From: Azolla caroliniana
Taxonomy: Eukaryota; Plantae; Polypodiophyta
Length of the DNA stretch: 64,000 nt
Direction: 5' to 3'
Assembly (NCBI GenBank): GCA_043228905.1
Contig: JBHGNT010000014.1
Coordinates: forward strand, 11,098,001 to 11,162,000
Part shown: piece after piece, positions 1-14,003 of the stretch
Position numbering within the stretch: the first letter of the stretch is position 1
How the letters are laid out: each line of letters begins with the position of its first letter
Translations under genes and position numbers: made by a program
Notes under the pieces: generated by a model
Told to the model about the DNA's origin: nothing
Database searches by the model: none
The model's input: only the letters and a program-made list of their open reading frames with translations

Positions 1-72
1 TGAAGGGGGAGGCCTACTTGCTTCTATAGCGGCAAGCCGGGACACTTCCAAAAGAAATGTCGGCATTTCCGA

Positions 73-3000
73 ATGGACAAGGAAACCGACGGTACCGATT
101 CGAAGCAGATACCGGACCGGAATGGTAAAGACAGGAGGGGAACGGACCGGAAGGGGACGACGGCAATCGCGGCAAGTGAAGAAGAGTTTATGCTCATCAC
201 CAAGGAGAGTGAGAGAAACCTTGCCGGCGACGAGATGACCTGGGTGGTAGACTCCGGAGTGTCGTTCCACCTTACCCTGGACCGGAAATGCTTCTCATCC
301 TACTCAGCCGGTGATCACGGCTGTGTCCGGATGGGGAATGAAGGTACATGCCAAATTGTCGGCATAGGAGACGTGTGGCTAACAACGCCAACCGGATGCA
401 AGCTGCTGCTGAAGGATGTCCGACACGTTCCGGAGGTTCGTCTGAACCTGATATCAGCCGGTCGGCTAGACGATGAAGGCTACACGGGTACCATCCGGAA
501 CGGTGTCATGAAGTTCTGCAAAGGGAGCCTGATTGTGGCTCGGGCCTGGAAGGTCAACACTCTGTACTTGATGAATCCCGGTTATGTTCGAAGGAAGTGA
601 ACGTGGCATCCGACACTGTCGGTGAGCTGTGGCACAAAAGGCTGTGTCACATGAGTGAGAAGGGGGTGAAGAGGCTTGCAGACGACAACCTCATTCCAAT
701 GAAGAACGTGCACTTGGAGAAGTGCACTGATTGTCTGGCCGATAAGCAAAACCGGACCTCCTTCCGACCAAGGCCACCGATGAGACGTATTGCACCACTA
801 GAGTTGGTGCATACTGATGTGTGTCAAGTGGACACAAAGTCACATGCAGGATCGCAGTACTTCGTGACGTTCATAGATGACCGCAGCCAGAAGCTATGGG
901 CCACGCCGTTGAAGACCAAGGATCAAGTGTTATCAGTCTTCAAAGAGCTCCACGCGAGAGTGGAAAGAGAAACCGGTCGGAAGCTGAAGGCGGTTCGAGT
1001 AGATAACGGAGGAGAATACCGGGGGCAATCCGAGGAGTACTGTCGCTCGATGGGAATCCGGCTCAAATTTACCAAGCCGAAGACACAGGAACTAAACGGA
1101 CTGGCCGAGAGGATGAACCGGACCTTAATGGAGAGGGTCCGGAGTATGCTAGCGCATGCAAAACTACCCAAGAAGTTTTGGGCTGAGGCATTGTCGATGG
1201 CAACATATGTGATAAATAGATCACCCTCAATACCCTTGGATGGAGACACGCCACAGAGAGTATGGACCTGTAAGGAAGTATCCTACCGGCATCTGAAGGT
1301 GTTCGGGTGTCTCGCGTACATGCATGTAGCTAAGGACCGGAGAGGAAAGTTATATCCAAAGACCCGGCCATGCATATTCCTCGGTTACGGTGACGATGAG
1401 TTCGGCTACCGAGTGTGGGACCTGGTCGTCAAGAAGGTATTCCGGAGTCGAGATATTATCTTCATGGAGGACAAGACGCTCGCCGATTGGGAGTTGGAGA
1501 AGAAGATAATGAACTCTGAGTCGACCGGTAAGGATCGACTCTACGATGAGCAGACCCAACCGGCAAGAGACCGATTAGCACTCGAGGGACCAGCTGGTTA
1601 CGGTGAGGATACTGAACAAGCTGAAGAAGAAGTGGAGCAAGCTGAAACCGGAACCGGCCAAGACCCCGAATCGGATTCAGATGAAGAGCAAATGGAGGAG
1701 CCGGTTACCGAAGCCCGAAGACGGAGATATCCTCTCAGAGAGAGAAGGGCGCCCCGGAGATTTCCGGATGTAGAGCATGTTCTGCTAACCAATGAGGGGG
1801 AGCTGGAAAGCTTCGAAGAAGCGAAGGATGACACCCACAGCCGCAAATGGTTAAGTGCCATACAGGATGAGATGGATTCCCTGCATGAGAACCATACGTA
1901 CGAATTGGTGGAGTTGCCGAAAGGAAAGCGGGCACTCCGAAACAAGTGGGTGTACAAGTTGAAACCGGGAGATGCCGGCAACCCCCCGAGATACAAAGCC
2001 AGGATCGTGGTGAAGGGGTTCCAGCAGAAAAAGGCCGTGGACTTTGACGAGATATTTTCCCCGGTAGTAAAGATAACCTCCATCCAGACGGTGCTAAGTA
2101 TAGCGGCAAGCATGGACCTCGAGGTAGAACAGCTGGACGTGAAGACGGCATTCCTTCACGGCGACCTCGAAGAGGAGATCTACATGCAGCAACCGGAGGG
2201 ATTTGTGGAGAAAGGGAAGGAGCACCTGGTATGCCGACTGAAGAAGAGCCTGTACGGACTAAAGCAGGCTCCCCGACAATGGTACCGGAAGTTCGATTCC
2301 TTCATGACCGATCAAGGGTACCACAAGACGCAGGCCGATCACTGCGTGTTTGTGAAGAAGTTCGAAGGAGGCGACTTCCTGATACTCCTTCTGTACGTGG
2401 ACGACATGTTGATCGTCAGACGGGACCAAGCCAAAATACGGATACTCAAGAAGGCCCTCAACCGGACCTTCTCAATGAAAGACTTGGGTCTGGCAAGACA
2501 GATGCTGGGGATGCATATCATCCGGAACCGGCCAATGAAGCAATTGTGCCTGTCACAGGAGAAGTACATGACAAAGGTGCTTCACCAGTTCAACATGTTA
2601 GATGCGAAACCGGTCGGATCGACACTTCCGGCAAACTTCAGGCTATCCGGTAAGCAAAGCCCGAAGACGAAAGCAAAGAAGGCGGAGATGATGAAGGTCC
2701 CATGTGCCTCTGCTATCGGGAGCCTAATGTACGTAATGGTGTGTACCCGTCCGGATATAGGATACGCAGTCAGAGTGGTGAGCCGGTTCATGAGCAATCC
2801 CGGCAAGGAGCACTGGAATGCGGTCAAATGGATACTCCGGTACTTGAAGGGCACTTCAAATATGTGTCTCTGATTCGGCTCCGGAAAACCTCAACTTGTA
2901 GGTTTTACCGATTCGGACATGTCGGCTAATGTGGATACCAGCCGGTCTACATCCGGGTATGTAATGACATATGCAGGGGGAGCTGTATCGTGGCAGTCGA

Positions 3001-3371
3001 GGCTGCAGAAGACGGTTGCATTGTCAACCACGGAGGTGGAGTACATGGTGGCTGTGGAAGCCGGCAAGGAAATATTATGGATGAAGGACTTCATCGGAGA
3101 GCTCGGTATCCGGCAAGATGAATATCGGCTCTATTGCGACAGTCAAAGTGCCATCCACCTTGCTAAGAATGTAGCCTACCATTCCCGGACAAAGCATATC
3201 CAACGAAGATATCACTGGATCCGGGAAAGAGTAGATGACCAGGAGTTCGCACTGACGAAGATCCACACGACCGAGAACGGGTTAGATATGCTGACCAAAG
3301 TGCTGATACCCGACAAGCTGGATGCATGCCGCAAGAGGATCGGACTAGTAAGACACCCCATGCCGGAGTGA
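73..3371 (+). pseudogene. copia gag-pol polyprotein, broken by a frameshift near 597 and a stop at 2871
   Basis: ORFs 73-600, 597-2873 and 2919-3371 give the copia order PR-IN-RT-RH. Confidence 0.93.
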
Positions 3372-3381
3372 AGGGGGAGTT

Positions 3382-4066
3382 TGTTGGGAGATAGGTCCCT
3401 CCGAATGGGAAGGGAGAAGAACAGTGTTGATGAACAAACTCAGCCGAGGCCGATAGACCGAGGCCGAAAACGGATGGAGCAGACCCGATGAGAACCGGAT
3501 CAGGAGTACCCGGCTACGGAGAGCCAGATGGTGCAAACCTGGTGAGAACCGGATGAGGAGTACCCGGCTACGGAGAGCCGGATGGTGCAGACCCGGTGAG
3601 AACCGGATGAAGAGACATATTCGTAAATATGTTTTCTGAGAGTCCATCGTTGCTATATTTGTAAATAGCCGAAAAGTCATATTAGTATAAATATGACTTA
3701 GGGCAAACTTTTAGAGTGTGTTGTCATTCTTGTTGGTACAAGGAGAGAGAGAGCGCGTAACTGTGTACAGAGAGAGAGAGAGAGAGAGAAAGAGGTCGTT
3801 GCCTCTGTTGTAACCGCCGCTTGTGGCGAAGATTGTGAGCACAAGGTCGTTGCTTCCGTGAGCTCACTGTTGTAATTATTGTGACATAGTGATAGTTAGC
3901 AGTTAGTGGACTGCCGTGGTTTTTCCCTCTCAGGGTTTTCCACGTTAAACATCCTGTGTACTCGTCTCTCCATTGTGTCGTGTTTTTCTATTTCCCGTTT
4001 TCTGTGCATGATTCTAAGCTCGGTTGTGGCCGAGCGTTGCGTATAGTGGACGTGTAGTTCCCGACA
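3382..4066 (+). repeat. copia 3' LTR
   Basis: TGTTGGGA...TCCCGACA termini just after the PPT; internal ~57-bp tandem repeat at 3490-3610; similar to LTR 23148-23695. Confidence 0.9.
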
Positions 4067-5366
4067 CTATCTTGATCGTACGATCAACAGCTTTGTCGAT
4101 TAAAATTTCTCGATCTCTCACCTTCAGCATGTATTCCACTACGGACACCATACCTTGAGTTCCGCTTGTCGAAGCCATCGTTGTACTTGAGATCCTCCCT
4201 ACCGCCTCTTTCACGTCAAGTTCACCACTTAATTATGTCATGAGAATCCGTCACTATGTACGGATCGTGAGACGGAACCGCTGGGGTTATGGATTGGAAG
4301 GAATTAGTACACACACGCAAAACATAAGCAAGATTCACATATAAGACAAGTAGATGAGAGGAAACTTTCGTTTATTTCAAAAGAAATCGATTCTTTATAA
4401 ACTTAGAATCATGTTACAATGGATTGGATATGAATATAAAAGATCATTCTTAAAAAGAAAGGATCCAACAACCATGTAAGGAGTGGTCCAATATGAATAA
4501 GAGTCATTATTCTTGAAAGGAAGGAGCCAACAACCATGTAAGGAGTGGTCTGATATCAATATGAGAGAGATTTCTTCCCCAAGGAATGGGAGAGAGAAGA
4601 ATAAAGGAAAAAAGAAAAAAGTACACGGAAAAAAATGGAACTTATATTGAGCTCTTTGTTAATCCCCCTTCCCAATGTTACTTTGCATGTCCACTTTTAG
4701 TTGCATGGCCTCTACTTTTAGTTGCATCCTTCCATTTTTAGTTGCATGGCCTTGGCTTTTAGTTGCATTCGACCCTCCGTATAATTCGGCCAAATGACCT
4801 AATCATCCATAAAGTTTAGCCCATGCACGATCCGTACGTGCGTCGCAACCAAACCATAGACGTGTCTGCGCGCGCAAGTTCCGATCGTGCGTCGCAACCA
4901 AACCATAGACGTGTCTGCGCGCACAAGTTCCGACCATGTAGTGTACACATCCGCGCATGCACGCGTTCCGACCACATCGTGTACGCTTCCGCACACACAC
5001 GCATCCTGATCGGGCCGTACGTCGTGACCCAAAATCATTTGAGTCATTCATCGACACAATTTAGCCCAAGTCAACTTGAACATTCTGTGCTTCACACATT
5101 GATATAATGAATAGGTTTTGGCTTTCTATATATCTTGGGGAATCCAATGTTATCCTATCTATGTGGGATATCTCACAATTTTGTTTTTTCCCTTTTCTCT
5201 TCAAACTTCTCACTCACATAACTTGATGCTTGTTTATCCATTTCATGGGTAGTAAAATACATTATGAAACTCTTGAAGACATCTATCTTTCCGTATCAAT
5301 ACATTAAGCTAATATTAAATAATTATTTTACTAGTTTTCATATCATGTGTAAAAAACCACACGACA
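4067..5366 (-). mobile_element. 5' end of a tRNA-Trp-primed Ty3/gypsy element (LTR 4236-5366, PBS 4211-4227, gag start), interrupted by the copia
   Basis: LTR ends match the reverse complement of solo LTR 7178-8347; PBS tggtgaacttgacgtga is a near match to the tRNA-Trp 3' complement; MASTSGTQG ORF follows. Confidence 0.8.
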
Positions 5367-7177
5367 ACGCAAGACACCCAACGAATTCATGTATCGCGAT
5401 TGTAAGCGACAACATCCTTTTTGTGTATTCTGCAAAAAGAAGGGTCATACAAAAGAACAATGTCGAAAGCTCCAATGGAAAGAGCACGACAACAAAACAA
5501 AAGTTGCAGACCATAGAGGTCAGATTCCTAATGTCCTTGAGGTCTATACACATCATTTAAGTAATTATCAATGTTCTTTCCCTCACTATGCATTGGGACC
5601 CAATGATTTACTACATGCAAATGGGTATGTCAATGGATCAACCCGTACAATTTTTATTTGATTTGGGAAGCTCACACAATTTTGTGAATGATTGTTTGGT
5701 TCAGATATGGGGAATCTAACCCACCGTAAGTGATCACACCTATAGGATGCACTTGGCTGATGGAAGAGTACAATACATCAACGAGGCGATTCATTCATTA
5801 GGAATTTCTATTGATACTTATGTAGACGAAGTAGACTTCCTTGTAATGAATCTTTTTACCACTAATGTAATATTGGGTTATCCCTTGTTTTATAATAAAA
5901 ACTCTTCTTTGTCTATTGATTGGGTTCGTCATTCCATTTCATTTGTACTAAACGATTGTACTCATTTTATTCAATGTGTAAATAAACAATCCCTTTCGAT
6001 TGTTTCCTCTCTATCAATATCTGAGTTGTCTTGTTCTTCTTTATTTTATTGTGTACTTGATCCGAACTTTCACGTTTATAATATTGATAACGTCTTGGGT
6101 TAATTGACATATTTTGAACAACAACTCGATAAGATCTTAAATGATTTTCATGAGGTTTTTCTGAGTGAACTACCACATGGGTTACCTCCTAAACGTATTA
6201 TAGACCATCGTATAGATATTGTACCTAGCGTTGCACCAATAAGTATACCTCCTTATCGCTTAAGTCAATCTGAAGAGGATGAGGTATCTAAGTAACTCAA
6301 GGGCTATTTACGAATGGGTTATATATGTTATAGTAAATCTCCATGGGGTGCACCTGTTCTCTTGGTAAAAAAGAAAGAGGGCACATGGCGTATGTGTATT
6401 AATTACCGACGCCTAAATAAAGTGACCTTCAAGAATTCATATCCACTACCCCGGGCTGACGATCTAATTGACCGTCTCCATGGAGCTCGGTATTTTACGA
6501 ATGATCTTCGTATGGGCTATGGCCATTATGAGTTTTTGGTTATGCCTTTTGGTTTGACCAATCCTCCGGCCACATTTCAACAAGAAATGAATGACATTTT
6601 CTGAGAACAACTTGGAAAATTTGTTGTTATTTTCTTGGATGATATTTTAGTTTATAGTCATACATTAGAAGAACATGCTAAACATGTCCGCTTTGTTTTA
6701 CAGACATTGCGTGAAAAGCAATTCTACGTGAAAATCTCAAAATGCAAGTTCTTCAAGAAATCAATTACTTATCTTGGACATCTCATAACCGAACGAGGAG
6801 TTGAAATTGATCCTTCTCGCATCGAGAAAATCAAACTTTGGCCCACTCTTCGGAATATTCGAGAAGTTCGATCATTCCTTGGTTTTGTCTGGTTTTTGCG
6901 GAAATCCCTTCGTAATTACTCCTAGTTGACGACGCAATTTACTGATCTTCTAAAAGGTCAAACGCGTAAGTCTACAAAACTTATTGTGTGGAATGCTACA
7001 CTAGACCTCGCCTTTAAGGAACTCAAGGCCCTGGTGTGGAAGGCCAAGGTTGTTAGGTACGTTAGGTACGGTACGGATACCATATGTATATAACGTATTA
7101 ATACCCGTATAGTACCTCCCAATTTAAAAATATGTTAAATATGTTTTCTTAATATATTAAATACTTATAAAATACGT

Positions 7178-8347
7178 TGTCGTGAAGATTTTTGACAATG
7201 GTGTGAAAATCATATAAGACATACGAAATCAAGTGTCAATCATATAAAAAATAATAGTGAATATACAAATTCTAAGTTTAATATCCTAGTACAAAAGACG
7301 AAGATCTTGAATAGATACACTTTACTACATAAGAAACAAACATCTAAGTGTCAACTTATGTGGGTAAGAAGTTGTGAAATAAAAAGAGAAAATTGTGAGA
7401 TATCCCACATAGACAGGACGAATAAGGCTCTCACCATATATAAGGTAGAGCAAAAGTTATTATCTTTGTGTGGAGTGTAGAGAGTTCAAGGTAACTTGAA
7501 CTAAGAGTGGAGGTGGCCTAGCCACTCGTAAAGGTTTTGGCCAACCAAAACGGAATTGGACGGTAACCGGTGATCCGCCATTCGACGACCGACGGCAACA
7601 GACCACCAGTAACCGGCGACATCCGACGACCAACGGCCACCAGTAACCGGCGGCATCCGAAGACCGACGGCAACCGGCGAGGCGGTGGCCACTGGTAACC
7701 GGCGGCATCCGGCGAATCGGCCGGAATCCGACATCCAACAAACCGGCGACTAGATAAATATATATATAAATATATATACATATGCAAGGAGGGCAAGTAA
7801 GGATTCGAACCTTGCACCTCCAAGGTAGGAGTCAATTGGCTTACTACCAAGCCAAGATATTTGGTTGAAATTATATTTCTATCATTGTACTTTTACATGG
7901 AAATTTTCATACATGAGAGCTAAAATGAGTGACATGGTTATCATGCACCACATGTAATACATGAGCGCCAAATGGCAAACATGCATTTTATGCATGTCTT
8001 GAACCCTCAAATGCATAAGGGCATCTATAAAAGAGGGAATGAAAAAGATCAGTGGGGGGGATTCTGGGATAAAAAGAAAGCTTTGTACTTTAAATCAAAA
8101 TTAATATTAAGAAGAAAATTCGTTATCCTTTTAATGATATACCTTGTTCTTGAAATCTAAAGTCAAGAGTTCTTAATCTCTCTCTCAATCTAAAATCAAG
8201 CGTTCTATCTTATCTCAATCTCTCTCTCTCTTGCAATCTATCTTAATTTCTTTCCCGCTAAATCTTGTGCAAACTTCGAGTCCTTCCGATCCAAAACCCC
8301 GGCGGTTCCGCCTCGCGATCCGCACCTAGTGACGGATCTTCACGACA
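7178..8347 (+). repeat. solo LTR of Trp-primed gypsy family
   Basis: TGTCGTGAAGA...TCTTCACGACA inverted termini; flanks acgt/acct; U5 end resembles LTRs at 15772 and 26367. Confidence 0.88.
7790..7857 (-). other. tRNA-like (A-box/B-box) cassette within LTR
   Basis: Minus strand TGGCTTGGTAGTAAG...GCAAGGTTCGAATCCTT; perfect B box at 7801-7811. Confidence 0.7.
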
Positions 8348-10922
8348 ACCTATAGTACATTAAATACTTCTAGAATTTGAAAATTATTTACCTTTCTAAA
8401 AAATATCTATAATATTGTAAAAAACATCTATGTTTACACAATTTTATGATGTACAATATAGTTCTACATCCTAAAATGCATATAAGACATTTGAACATTT
8501 CACATCCTAAAATACTTGTAGTAATATGGATTTCGACATTCCCTTATTCTATAAATCAGTGTAAGTGTGTATCACGATGTTCTACTTCAAATTGTAATTA
8601 TTTACAATTATGCCTTCATGATAGGTTTCTCTTTTCTTCGTTTTCTTCTTCTTCTTCTTCTATCTTCTGCGATTATCACACTGAGAGTCACGATAGGTTT
8701 ATGTCTTCTTTTCTCTCTTCTTCTTCTTCTTCTTCATCTTCATCATCATCGTCTCTTTTATTCTTCTTCCTTCCTTCCTTTGACTTCATTTTCACTAAAA
8801 TCTTTTTTTTCTTTTGCTTTTTGTTGGGGTTTTACTTACATTTTCTTTATAAATACGTATTATACCTGTTTTCTTTATAAATATGTTAAGTACCGTATTT
8901 TACAAATGTACATGATATTTGACTAAACAACATTGAGTTATAGTACGTACTATACAAATGATGAGGCATTATACGTATTTAAACGTTAAATACGGGTACA
9001 TAAACAACTATGGCAAGGCTCCTTCATTTCTTTTACTTGATCCTTCAAAACCTTTTGAAGTTGAAACTAATGCAAGTGATTATGCTATAGGTGTTGTCTT
9101 ATATTAAGATGGTAAACCAATAGCATTTGAGAGTAAGAAACTTGATTCTGCTCAATGTCGGTATACCGTTCAAGAAAAGGAATTATTTGCAGTTATACAT
9201 GCGCTCAAACATGGCGGAATTATCTTTATAGAAATCTTTTTGTGGTAATTACGGACCATGAGTCCTTAAAATATTTTTGTGACCAACAAGATCTGAAAGG
9301 TCGTAAGGTAGGATGGGTTGATCTCATCCAGGACTTTGATTTTTCCATACGATATCGTGAAGGTTCCATGAACATTGTCATTGATGCACTAAGTCACATC
9401 CGTGAAGTTAACATGCTTAGCTTTACTGAAATAACATCAGATCTTTATGATCACCTTCGAGGAAAGTATCCTGATAACAATTGTTTTGCGAAATACTTGG
9501 CAAGAGTTGAGTCTGGATTAGACACCACCACATCCTCGAAGGAATCCTTCCACATTGCTAACAGTCTGCTCTACCGTAATGGGAAGGTTTGTGTTCCAGA
9601 TTTGCCTCAAGTCAAAAAGAGAATTCTTTTTTAATGCCATGATGCACCCTCTGCAAGGCACCCTGGAATACATCGTACACTCGTTCTCATCTCCACTCAA
9701 TTCTATTGGCCTAAGATGCCTCGTGACATACATAGCTATGTGACTAAATGTCCCAATGTTAGGTTAACAAAGCCGAGTGACTTAAAGCCGCAGGACTTTT
9801 ACATCCCTTGGACATTCCCAACAATAAGTGGGAAAGTATATCCATGGATTTTATTGTTAGCCTTCCTTGCAACCAAAAAGTTCATGATGCCATCTGGTTG
9901 TGGTTGATAGACTAACTAAAATGGCCAGATTTTAGTTAGACTAAAACTAATTGCTACTAAAACCACGGTAACGGGTCTTGAATTGTCTTACCAATTCATT
10001 GACGAGTTATTTCGTTTTTATGGGTTACCGATGGATATTGTGAGTGATCGAGATCCAAAATTTACTAGTGACTTCTGGACGTAAGTCTTTAAGAAGTTAG
10101 AAACTATGTTGAGCATGAGTTCCACGGATCATCCTCAATCCGATGGACAGGCAGAACGAGTAAATCAAATTATTGAGTACATGCTTCGAGCATACGTTGG
10201 TGCAAAACCAACACAATGGGAATGTTATCTCCCAATTTTGGAGTTTGCTTATAACAGCTCCAAGCATACGTCGACGGGATATAGTCCTTTTATGTATGGT
10301 TTTCAGCCATGAGCCCCGATTGATGTTAATATACATCATGATGAGTTGCGAAGTACACAAAACTTTCTTCGGGATATGCAAAATATGTTGCATATTGCAC
10401 GAGATAATATAAAAACTGCTCAAGATAGAGCGCGTTTTTACACCGATCATAATAGGCTACCTCGTGTATTCAACCCTGGACAGAAGGTATTTTTATGTAT
10501 ACCTCACAATTCTAAGACATTTTCTACGAGTAAGTGCACTAAGTTAGCCCCAAGGTTTTGTGAACCTTTTCAAGTCCTCAAACGCATTGGTTCATCAGCC
10601 TATCGTCTCGCTCTTCTAGATGGCGTTGAAATTCATCCAGTTTTTCATGTAAGTCATCTACAAGAACTTCTAGGTTCTCGCGACAATACAGTTACAACTG
10701 AAACTCTGGTTACTTCTGAAGAATTATCTTCTAAACCACATGTACTAGAAAGAATTCTCGATGTTAAAACAAAAAATCTGCGTACTAAAATAATCCGAGA
10801 ATTTAAAATTAAATGGATGGATAAATCTATCAAAGATGCCACATGGGAATGAGAAAATACTCTTCGAACTAACTTCCCTAACTTTCCATTGCAAGAGTGC
10901 AATGTTTTAAAGAGGGAGAGTA

Positions 10923-11321
10923 TGTTACATGCATGACCATATAATATCCTGTGGTGAGAATTTACCATAGTATTCTATACACGTGGATAAGTGTGAGGGT
11001 TAAACGAGAGTGTAAAGAAGGGGAGGATTACTTTTAATCCTCAGGATTGAGACAACCCATTAGGCCAAGTGTGAACTTGCCTGGGGGCCTTGGGTATCGC
11101 TATAAATATGAGGCCTAGCTACCCTCATTTCATCATATCTTGACTACGTCAAGACTCTGTTTCGTGGTGGGTGAACTCAGGTATGGGACCCCAATCGAGG
11201 GTTAAGTCCATCTTGATCCCTTCACTCGGGGGTGGTCGGGTGGATCGGCACCCTTCTTTCTCTCTCTCCTTTCTATCTATCTATCTTTTATCCTTATCAT
11301 ATGCTTACTTTAGATCATAAC
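10923..11321 (+). repeat. chromovirus 3' LTR
   Basis: Starts TGTTAC after the PPT; TATAAATA at 11101; copia coding sequence resumes at ~11322 (right end approximate). Confidence 0.75.
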
Positions 11322-13502
11322 TCTGATATTTGTCCTCGACACCAACTACGTCAACACCGCTATGTTCGCAAAAGGACATAAGGTCTAATCGGATATCGAC
11401 CTGTGGCACAAACAGATTGGCCACATCAACTACCAGAGGCTTCAGGACCTGCAATTGAAAGAAGTTTTTTTTGGGTTGCCAAAATTTAGTGGCCGGAAGG
11501 CCGCAACACCGGCTTCCATTTCCCACCGAAAGAAACTGAAGCCATAACAAGATTGATCTAATACATTCGGATGTATGGAGACCAACACAAAACCTTAGTC
11601 TTGGTAGGAGTCGATATTTCCTCTCCTTCCTTGACGACTACAGTCGGCACACATGGATCTATGTCATAGAGAAGAAAAGGGAAGTCTTCGACTGTTTCCG
11701 GAAGCTACAAAGTCTTATCGGAGAGGAGATCAAGTGTATGCGGTTGGATGGGGGAAAAGAATACTTTTTCGTCCAATTCAACAGTTGTCTCTAATAAATG
11801 GGAATTCAGAGAGAATTCAATTGCGGATACACACCTAAACAAAATGGTGTGGCCGAAAGGATGAACTGGTTGATTGTGGAAGTGGCATGGGCAATGCTGG
11901 AGGAGAAGAATATGCCCAGGTTCTACTAGGCCGAAGTGGTTCGGATAGTCGTCTACATCCAAAACCGGATTGTGGATAAGGTGTCAGCATACGAGCCATA
12001 TTTCAGGCGAAGCCGAATTTAAGGCACCTTAAGATATTCGGTAACATTTCATATGTGCATGTGCCGGAAGAGAAGAGGAGGAAGTTGGACCCGAAGTCGG
12101 GGAAGTGCAACCTAGTTGGGTACTCACATGAGCAAAAGGGTTATAAGTGCTATAACCCTCGAACAAAACAAGTTCAAGTGAGCCGAGATGTTGAATTTGA
12201 TAAGTTGGCATCATGGTACTGTCTACCGACTCCGATGTCTAACTCCGACCCGATTCTGGAAGATGAGGCTACTGAGCCCGAAATTATTCGGGTAGAAGCT
12301 GAAGAAGGATTCGGTAATCTGGACGAGATTCCGATCTCATTCCAACTAAGTGGGCCGAATGAGCGACTGAGTCGGAACAACCCGTCAAATGAAAAGCTGA
12401 TGAGTAGTGGAGACTCATCCGTGTTGTCCCTGCGCAAGGAACCGAGGAGACAGTTCACACGCAAAGAAGAGGGGAAGAAGAAGATGTCGGAGTAGGACAC
12501 CGGTAGAGAAGAGTCGGATGGGAGCGAATCCGACTTTGGAGGCAGACCTTCGGGAACGAAGTCTGAGTTGGGCAAGAGGGCCTTGCAATCGGCGAGTGCG
12601 AAGTTACGTCGATTGACCTACCAGAAAAACCCTCTAAAAAGGTACAAAAACAATCAGTACATGGCGTATCACTATGCATACATGACGAAAGTGGCAGAAC
12701 TGCATGAGTCAGAGCGCTATGCAGAAGCGGTTAAGGATGCACATTGGTGTGTCGCTATGGGGGAAGAGATGCAGGCAGTCGATGCCAACGACACATGGGA
12801 CCTAGTTGACCCTCCCCGGCATTACAAACCGATCGGTTGCAAGTGGGTGTACCAGGTGAAGTATAATGTTGACAGTTCGGTCAACCGGTACAAGGCCCGG
12901 TTAGTGGCAAAAGGATACGCACAGACCCATGGAATCGACTACGATGAGACTTTTGCCCCGGTAGCGAAGATGACGACGGTTCGTGTGGTGCTAGTGGTTG
13001 CTATGGTAAGGGGGTGGCATCTTCACCAAATGGATGTGAAGAATGCATTTCTTCAAGGTGACCTTGAAGAACAGGTCTACATGATCTAACCCCTCGGTTT
13101 TCTATCGGAGATGAACAAGTCGGCAGTGTGCCGACTCAAAAAGTCCCTTTATGGCTTGAAGCAAGCCCCCCGTGCTTGGAATTCGAAGATCAGGCACCGG
13201 TTACATAAGATGGGGTTTGTGCCCTTGAAGTCAGACTCATTATTGTTCATCAGGAACGTTCTGGAAGGTCTGGTATGTATTCTCCTATATGTGGATGATC
13301 TGATCATCACCGGACCTGGACTTGCTAAAACCAGTTGAGTGAAAACCCAATTGTTGGATGCATTCGAAATGAAGGACCTGGGGGACCTTCATTATTTCCT
13401 TGGGATAGAAGTGATCCATACCGTCAATGGCATATTGCTCTCACAACGACATTATGTACTGAATATGCTATACAAGTTCGGCATGACGGATTACCAACCA
13501 GT
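11322..13502 (+). mobile_element. degenerate Ty1/copia internal fragment (IN-RT), second copia family
   Basis: [48 protein letters not shown]. Confidence 0.92.
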
Positions 13503-14003
13503 TGTCACATTCTAAACTCAAACCTCTGACCTTTAACACACACAGTACATTGTGTTGTGTTAACCATATGGAAACTCTTGTGAACTGTCCACATGGATTG
13601 TGAACTTGTATATATTGTAGAGTCTAGTGTATAGTACATTCGAGAATATTCTAGTCGTTAGTATATTCTAGATTTATTCTGTGGTATATTCTAAACGGGT
13701 ACATTCTCGAGATATTTCTCGAGTATATTCTAGAGATATTCAATCTAAGAAATTGTATAAATACTTGTAATATCCTTGGTCCCTTTCAAGGTATTCAACA
13801 CCTGTCATTGACACATCAATCTAGTATTAACGTAACTTCGCCTCATCTTTGTCTCCTTGGTCTTTATTTTTGTTTTCATGCCCTCATCTCGCTCACAACA
13901 TCTAGAGTTCCTAGCCTCATGACATCTAGCTCCAAGTTCATCTGTCGCTTGTAGCCCCATCATCTGTGATCCATCCTAGTCTGCGCTTGGTGTGTTCGTG
14001 ACA
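13503..14003 (+). repeat. solo LTR of self-priming gypsy family (no TSD)
   Basis: TGTCAC...GTGACA termini; reverse complement of LTR 29045-29520; TATA at 13756. Confidence 0.82.

Larger units (their letters stand above)
1..4066 (+). mobile_element. Ty1/copia LTR retrotransposon (Tnt1/Tork-like), 5' part outside window
   Basis: Zn knuckle at start, protease WVVDSG, integrase LWHKRL/HTDVC/DNGGEY, RT LDVKTAFLHG and LYVDDM, RNaseH; PPT aagggggag 3371-3379; 3' LTR 3382-4066. Confidence 0.97.
7045..9012. mobile_element. non-autonomous hAT-like DNA transposon inserted between chromovirus RT and RNaseH
   Basis: Imperfect TIRs caaggttgttaggtac / gtacataaacaactatg; degenerate 7-8 bp TSD (ggaaggc/gcaaggc); host frame LKALV..KAPS resumes after it. 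Confidence 0.7.
5367..11321 (+). mobile_element. degenerate Ty3/gypsy chromovirus (gag Zn knuckle, PR, RT, RH, IN, chromodomain, 3' LTR)
   Basis: CVFCKKKGHTKEQC; [21 protein letters not shown]; HPQSDGQAERVNQ; chromodomain ERILD...IKWMDKSIKDATWE; PPT ~10909-10920; many stops and frameshifts. Confidence 0.93.

Noticed and set aside
7790-7857. Functional tRNA genes (here and in other LTRs)
   Set aside because: Anticodon and acceptor arms are not canonical and the units are duplicated with LTRs; reported as tRNA-like cassettes only
8446-8926. Ser/Phe-rich membrane-like ORFs
   Set aside because: TCT-rich simple sequence inside the hAT-like element
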